A stretch of DNA of 64,000 nucleotides from Mantamonas sphyraenae STR306 (Eukaryota; Protista; CRuMs), in the NCBI GenBank assembly GCA_026936335.1, contig JAPMXV010000044.1, forward strand, positions 501,289 through 565,288. The letters run 5' to 3'. The translations under genes were made by a program, and so were the position numbers. Within the stretch, counting starts at the first letter, position 1. Each line of letters opens with the position of its first letter. The notes beneath the pieces were generated by a model. The model worked only from the letters and a program-made list of their open reading frames with translations. It had not been told where the DNA came from and did no database searches. Shown piece after piece: positions 57,805 through 64,000 of this stretch.

Positions 57805-58542
57805 ATGCGCGTTCTGCTGCTGGTAACTCTTTCGCTTTTGCTGTGCTTTGCGTGCGCCAAGACATGCACCAAGGCAAACGACTGCGCGTCGGTAGGTTGG
57901 CGCGTGGGAGGGGGAGGGGGCGAGACACAGAAAAATTGGCGGCCCTCCTAGAGGGCGTCCCGGAGGGAAGAAGGATGGGAGCTGACAGAAGCGCACACCC
58001 TACAGGAGACGGGCAAGCCGATTTGTGCTCTGGACAAGGGTGCAGAGGCCAACAGCACTGCGCTGGGCTGCCTTCAGTGCAACCCGGGCGCAGCGGACAA
58101 GGACTGCGGCTGCCCCATGGGCCAGGTGTGCATGAACGTGCCGGGCAAGAGCACCTGGGGTACATGTGTGGCTGAGAACACCACGGCAGTTGGGCGTGCG
58201 TGCGACTCGCGCGTCAACTCGGTGAACCTGAACAAGGACAACGACCTGATGTTCTGCGGCGCGTACGTGGTGGAGAAGGACGTGTTTTATGTGCAGTGGA
58301 GTGGTGCGTGCGTGCAGAACTCATGCATGCGCTGCCGCCCCGAGTCGAGCACATGCTCGACGGTGAACGGTGACCATCGCACGTGCGTTGGCGGCGACGG
58401 GTACAGCTCGTCGGTTGCAGGCACCCTGTCGTGGAGCTATCTTGGATCCAACCAGCCTGCTCTGATGTGGTTCTTCCTGGCGCTGTTTCTTATCCCCACG
58501 TCCATCATTCTGTTCTGGACCAAGTGCGTCAAGTCGGCTTGA
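57805..58542 (+). CDS. 16-Cys membrane-anchored protein, paralog 4 (type A); exons 57805-57891, 58006-58542
   Basis: AKTCTKANDCAS and YVQWSGACV are identical to paralog 1; same intron position (GTAGGT...GCTGAC...CAG). Confidence 0.85.
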
Positions 58543-58689
58543 AAACGGGTTTGAAGGCCGTGTGAGTGATTGAGGGAATGAAACGGAGTTGAGATGCCGG
58601 GAAGTTTGTTGGGGGGGATGGGGAGGGGTGGGGGGGGCGGGGGGATGGGAGTGTGTGGGGGTGCGCGGTGGCTGGCAAAGGTTGTGGGT

Positions 58690-59883
58690 ATGATGTCTGA
58701 AGCAGAGGTCGTGGAAATTCGGGCAAAGGAGGACGGGCATGAAGTAGGGTTGGTTGTCAAGCTGGAGGACGGTGAAGAGTCGGATGTGGAGGACGGGAGG
58801 CCTGAAGCGTACGCGTATCTGGACAAGGTCCTGTTCTGGGCGCTCTTGCAGTTTGAGAGCGAGCGCTGCTGGCAGTCGTGGCCTGGGAGGGTGTGGGTGG
58901 TGGTGAGTGCGTTCTCTGTGTGCTGTACTATTTCGTTGCTGTACTGCGTGCCGACGTACGCTGGGTTTGACGTGCGCACGAATGATTCGATCATGGCGAT
59001 TTTGACCATGGTGTACAATGTCGGCATGGCGCTGGCGCATTTGTGGTTGTCGGCGCGCGGTGAGCCAAGGTGGTTTACGAAGCTGGTCGAGAAGTGTGAC
59101 GTCGGGATGTACAAGCGCGGGAGCGTGAACGCGGTGGTTGGCATCGGCGCTCTGCTGTGGACCGGGATGCAAATCGGAGCCATCAGTCATTTGGCAGAGG
59201 TCTTTAGTGGAGAGGTGGGCGAACAGACACGCCACTACTATCACGCCTGGCTGGACGGTCCGGGAGGGGTCGTTTTCGCCGTTGGGTCAATTCTTGTGCA
59301 GGGCGTCCTGGGAAGCACGACCTGCGTCGCGCTGCTGATGATGGTGTACGTCTTTGTGTTGCCGCTGATGCACAAAATCGAAGTGCTCGTGAGTGCAGTG
59401 AAGGGGTGGACACACCCGACGTGCAGGGACGTCGTGGAGGTGAACGAGGAGCACGTGGCCGTTGTGACGGCGCTGGACAGCTTCAACGAGCATGTGGCGC
59501 CGGCACTGTCTGCCATTCTTGCGTTGCTGCTGGCCGGCACAACGATGGCGGTGGTGGCATTTGTGAGCGGGTCTCGGGATCTGCTCATCGCCGGGCTGGT
59601 GCCAGCGCTCGTGCTGTACATGGGAATCGTGCTTCTCGGCCCCAGCGTGCGGCTCCACACGCAATCTCTTCAGCTGCGCGAAGCTGTGGCGCTGTGGGCA
59701 TGCGTGCGGGCAGGTGTGGGCCGGGACGTGACGGAGTTGGCGCTGGCGCTGGTCGAGGGCGTGCATCGGCGCGTCGCTGGAGTCAAGGTGCTTGGGATTG
59801 TGATCTCAGCAGCAGTGGTGACCAAGGTGGGGTCCATTGCAACGACTGTGGTGCTTTTTTTGATGTCGTTGCGGCAGGTGTGA
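58690..59883 (+). CDS. Gustatory receptor-like (GRL / 7TM ion channel, insect OR/GR-DUF3537 superfamily) protein
   Basis: About 400 aa, acidic N-terminus without a signal peptide, about 7 hydrophobic segments, a long amphipathic helical loop between TM4 and TM5, and C-terminal RRVAGVKVLGIVISAAVVTKVGSIATTVVLFLMS resembling the TM7a/7b signature. Confidence 0.68.
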   Translation: MMSEAEVVEIRAKEDGHEVGLVVKLEDGEESDVEDGRPEAYAYLDKVLFWALLQFESERCWQSWPGRVWVVVSAFSVCCTISLLYCVPTYAGFDVRTNDSIMAILTMVYNVGMALAHLWLSARGEPRWFTKLVEKCDVGMYKRGSVNAVVGIGALLWTGMQIGAISHLAEVFSGEVGEQTRHYYHAWLDGPGGVVFAVGSILVQGVLGSTTCVALLMMVYVFVLPLMHKIEVLVSAVKGWTHPTCRDVVEVNEEHVAVVTALDSFNEHVAPALSAILALLLAGTTMAVVAFVSGSRDLLIAGLVPALVLYMGIVLLGPSVRLHTQSLQLREAVALWACVRAGVGRDVTELALALVEGVHRRVAGVKVLGIVISAAVVTKVGSIATTVVLFLMSLRQV

Positions 59884-59973
59884 AGCCTGAGGCCTCAGGG
59901 CGGCTGGATGGCATGGAGCTTTTTGGGAGATGGGTTGGGGATGGGGGGATTGGGTGTGGGAATGAAGATTGGT

Positions 59974-62900
59974 TCATTCGAGGCGCTGGCGTTTGGAGGA
60001 GGAGGAGGAGGAGGAGGAGGAAGGGTCTTTGCGCTTGGGGAGGGTGAAGGAGGGGATGGGGTAGGCGTTGACGAGTGCGACGGTGGTTGGGCGGGTGGTG
60101 ATGTGGGGTGAGATGCGGTCGACGAGGGTGTGGAGGAGGGTGTGCAGTGTGGCGTCGTTGGGTTTGGGGGTGTCCAACCAGGCGATCTTGAGGGAGAGGG
60201 AGGTGACACCGTGGGTGAGGGTGGCGCTGATGGCCGGTTGCACCTGCTGGTAGGTGAGGCGTGGCCTGAGGAGGCGGACAAAAAAGGCCAAGTCGACAGG
60301 CGGCATGCCAACGTTGCCCAGCGCCAGGATGATGTGTCGCACCAGGGACCGCTTGCTGCCGTTGTTGATCAGCTCACGCAGTGCATGGTGCTCGTGTGTG
60401 TGCTCATGGCGAGGGTGCTTGCCTGCACGTGCGTTCATGTGTGCCAGTATCGTCTGGAACTCCCGTGCCGTGCAGCTGCTACGTTCGTCGATGTGCCGGT
60501 TGGTGCTCCAGCCACTGCGCACAGACTGAGGATGCCACTGTTCCACCTTGGCTCTGGTGAGGTGGTGGTCGTAGTCGCATTGTGTCCAGTGTGGGTCGCT
60601 GTCGTTGTCAGCTGGGCGTCGTGCTTTCTTCAGCCACAGGTGGGTCTGCTCGTGCTGCTTCCAGGTGGTTGGATGGGGCCTGTTGCCAAGGGTGTCCATC
60701 TCTGTCATGAGCAGGTTGAGGAGGGCGTAGTTGGGGTCGCCGTGGTCGTGTGGCTCCTCCAGCCAGCATACCTTCAACCCAGCCTTTGTCACGCCCATGG
60801 CCAGACCAGCCTTGGTGATGGCAACGATGCACGCATGTCGATCCATGTCTCGGCCGAGAAGGGTGAGGCAGAATGCCATGTCTCCCTGGGAGAGGGAAAT
60901 GTTGCCCAGAGCGAGCTGAATCTGTCGGACGAGCGTGTTCAGGGTGCCATGGCAGACCACAACACGCGCCTGCAGGGTCATGAGATCTGGGATGTCGTCG
61001 ATGGGATGCTCATTGGCCAGGGTGTGCATGTGGTTCAGGAGTGCCACGTGCTCCTTCTTGTTGCTGTGGGTGCGCTCGCTCTTGCGCCAGGACGTCCAGC
61101 CACTGCGCACAACGCCATCTGGCAGTCCATCCTCCACGGCCATCTTCTCCTCCTCTGTGGGCTCGGGCAGAACGAGCTCGGTGATATCGATGGCGTTGAC
61201 GGCGTCGGTGGTGGTGGGACGGGTGTTGATGTGGGGTGTGATGCGGTCGATGAGGGTGTGCAGGAGGGTGTGCAGTGTGGCGTCGTTGGGTTTGGGGGTG
61301 TCCAACCAGGCGATCTTGAGGGAGAGGGAGGTGACGCCACGGGTGAGGTTGAGGCTGATGGCCTGTTGAACCTTCTTGTAGGTGAGTTGTGGTCTGAGGA
61401 GGCGGACAAAGAAGGCCAGGTCAACAGGCGGCACGCTAATGTTGCCCAGCGCCAGGATGATGTGTCGCACCAGAGACATCAGGTTGCCGTTGTTGATCAG
61501 CTCACGCAATGCATGGTGCTCATGTGTGTGCTGATGGCGAGGGTACTTGCCTGCGCGTGCCTTCATGTGTGCCAGCAGCGTCAGGAACTCACGCGCCGTG
61601 CAGCTGCCACGCTCGTCGGTTGTTCTATGTGCTGCCCAACCATTGCGCATAGACTCTGGTTCCCACTTTTCCACCTTGGTGGTGGTGAGGTGGTGGTCGT
61701 AATCGCATTGTGTCCAGTGTGGGTCGCTGTCGTTGTCAGCAGGGCGTCGTGCTCCCTGCAGCCACAGTTGGGTCTGCTTGTGCTCCTTCCAGGTGGTGGG
61801 ATGGGTTCTGTCGCCGAGAGTGTCCATCTCTGTCATGAGTAGGTGGAGGAGGGCGTAGTTGGGGTCGCCGTGGTCGTGTGGCTCCTCCAGCCAGCACACT
61901 TTCAACCCAGCCTCTGTCACACCCATGGCCAGACCAGCGACACGGATGGCATCACTGCACGCCTGTTGATCCACATCATGGCCCAGAAGGATGAGACAGA
62001 AGGCCATGTCGCCCTGGGAGAGGGGAATGTTGCACAGAGCGAGCAGGATCTGTCGGACCAGCATGGTCAAGGTGCCATGGCAGACCACAACGCGCGCCTG
62101 CAGGGTCACGAGGTCGGGGATGTCGTCGATGGGATGCTCGTTGGCCAGGGTGTGCATGTGGTTCAGGAGTGCCACGTGCTCCTTCTTGTTGCTGCGGCTG
62201 CGCTCGTCGCTGATTCCCGCTGTCCACCCTTTGCGCACAACACCATCTGGCAACTTGTTGATCTTGTTCACGCCTGCTTTCTTCCGTGCGCCGTTGTCTC
62301 CGTTCTTGGCCCTCCTTGCCCGTGTGCTCGACGTTCCTGTCTCGGTGCCACTGCCAGCCGTGACTCTGAGCCTGCGCTGTCCGCTGACTTTCAACTTCTG
62401 TGGACCAGTACGGCGGCTGGTATGGCCTCTTCGTCGTTGTGCATGGCCTCTACTTGTGCGCCTTGGCTGCCATTCGCCCCTGTCCTCCTGCTCCATGTCG
62501 TCTGCGTCGTCGTCGCTGTCATCTTGCGGCACGTACTCCTCATCCATGGCATCTCCAGTGTCTGCAATGCTGAATGGGTCTTGGAGTTTCAACTCGTCGT
62601 CCACGTGCTTCTGGGGTGCGTCGTTTGCCTCGTCGTGTTCTTCGTACGCCTCCATCCCTGAGCTGGTCATCCACTCTGAGTTGCTGGAGGTCGACCGTGG
62701 TTCACGGTGGCCAAAGTTCAGGAACATCAGGTCTTCCACGTCGCCGGTGCCATGTGTGTGGGTGTCCTGGTCTGCGTCGTCGTCGTCGCTGTCTCCAGTC
62801 TGCCGTGTGGCCTGGTGGGAGGAGGACGACGATGTGGTGGTGGATGAAGTCTGTGTGATGCCGACAAAGGCAGGGCTGATGCGTTTGGGGACGCGGTTGT

Positions 62901-63553
62901 GGTTCGTGGTGGGTTGAGCAGGCGGAGGGTGCAACGGAGGCTGAGCGATGTGCATCTGGGCGGTTTGTCGCGGCTGAGGAGGAGGCGGAGGAGGGTAGGC
63001 GTAGTATGGGTGGCCCTGATGAGCATATGCGTGACGCTGATGGGGGTGGGTGTTGACAGGGACCCAGATGATGGGTGGTTGTGGATGCTGGTACGGGTTT
63101 TGTACGCCAGAAACGGGCAGCATGTTCGGAAACGGCTGGGCAGCCATGGGAGGGACCATGTACGCATAGCTGTGGGGGAGACGCGGAGGGGCAGGGCGGG
63201 GTGGGAGCGGTGAGTGGAAGCCGGTGTGGACGCCGTCAGAGCAGAATCAGGGGTGAAGGGAGGCCGGAACGAGCAGAGAGGGAAAACGAAGGAGATTGGC
63301 AGACGGGGAAACTGGCAACGGGGAGGGCAGTGACAGGGGAGAGGGGATCGGAGAAGAGCGCAGGAGGTAGCAGCGGTGGTGATGGGGAAGTGGAGATGCA
63401 GGGGAGGAGTGCAGGGAAGCGACAGAGGCATGGAGGAGGCGTGGAAGCGGGAGAAGCGGGAAGTCAGAAAAACGGAGTGGAAGGCAGAACGCACGATGGG
63501 TAGATGTTGGGTGTGTGTTGTTGCTTCGGAGTGCTTGAGTACTCTTTGTCCAT
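59974..63553 (-). CDS. Telomere-proximal hypothetical protein (~1,084 aa): P/Q-rich and acidic N-terminus, basic patch, 2x376-aa repeat; exons 63553-63495, 63169-59974
   Basis: The 1061-aa ORF is extended by a phase-matched first exon MDKEYSSTPKQQHTPNIYPS (donor GTGCGT at 63494, acceptor CCCCACAG at 63170). Confidence 0.75.
60060..62255 (-). repeat. Diverged 1,128-bp tandem duplication inside the telomere-proximal CDS
   Basis: CCATCTGGCA at 61115 and 62243; CGTGGTCGTGTGGCTCCTCCAG at 60741 and 61869 (offset 1,128). Confidence 0.92.
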
Positions 63554-63828
63554 GGTGGTGGTGGTGGTGGTTGAGTGTATGTGGATTGTGTTGGACTGGT
63601 GGAGGATGTTATGGGTGTTGGTGATACTTTGGTTGAAGGCGGATGGGCAGTGCTGCCTGCGCGGCGTTGCAGGACGACGGCCACTCACCAGCGACATTTT
63701 CACTCCCACCCATTGCCCACTGCCCCATGTCACCACCCAACTCAGCCACCCCGCCAGCAGACACAAGCGCAACTCATCTGACATAGACCGGAATCATAAT
63801 ATCCACAGCCACAGGGGAGACGAGAAGA

Positions 63829-63887
63829 TTAGGGTTGGGTTAGGGTTAGAATTAGGATTAGGCTTAGGCTTAGAATTAGGGTTAGGG

Positions 63888-63928
<41 letters not shown>

Positions 63929-64000
63929 GGTTAGGGTTAGGGTTAGGGTTAGGGTTAGGGTTAGGGTTAGGGTTAGGGTTAAGGGTTAGGGTTAGGGTTA
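63829..64000 (+). repeat. Telomere (TTAGGG)n with degenerate proximal units
   Basis: Tandem TTAGGG runs to the end of the window with the G-strand 5'->3' toward the terminus. Variants TTGGG, TTAGAA, TTAGGA and TTAGGC lie at 63835-63875. Confidence 0.98.

Noticed and set aside
58594-58689. Gly-rich N-terminal extension of the GRL ORF
   Set aside because: It reflects G-runs of the intergenic skew just after the paralog-4 AATGAA; the ATG at 58690 is preferred, though not proven.
59974-63553. Telomere-associated retrotransposon or helicase
   Set aside because: No reverse transcriptase, endonuclease, gag zinc-knuckle or Walker motifs are visible.
63504-63989. ORF ending in LGLG/RVRV repeats
   Set aside because: It is a translation of telomeric repeats.
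1-64000. tRNA, rRNA or other structured ncRNA genes
   Set aside because: None recognisable by eye and intergenic space is minimal. Intronic snoRNAs cannot be excluded without an Infernal/Rfam scan.

Overview
Gene-dense right end of a chromosome from a GC-rich, intron-bearing microbial eukaryote, probably flagellated; the taxon cannot be fixed from sequence alone. The window ends in a (TTAGGG)n telomere at 63829-64000. Gene order: partial unknown gene (+); Dictyostelium-type P2X receptor (-); ~2,800-aa protein with a degenerate class III cyclase domain (-); proteasome alpha subunit PSMA1 (-); JTB-like protein (+); Rab21 (+); soluble adenylyl cyclase with an N-terminal axonemal dynein light chain (p28/AXDND1-like) domain (-); seipin (-); a ~10,000-aa surface protein (signal peptide, LamG, EGF/PSI, about 60 cadherin/Ig-like repeats with a nested recent expansion, TNQP-type repeats, TM segments, EF-hand tail) (+); four paralogous 16-Cys membrane-anchored proteins flanking an intronless TFIP11; a gustatory-receptor-like 7TM channel (+); and a repeat-domain protein starting ~275 bp from the telomere (-). 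Non-coding signals include 40-160 bp intergenic spacers, a recurrent AATGAA at or after stop codons, and a sawtooth G/C strand skew that ignores gene orientation. Splice models were derived by eye from GT/AG sites and frame continuity. Family assignments come from remembered motifs, not database searches.
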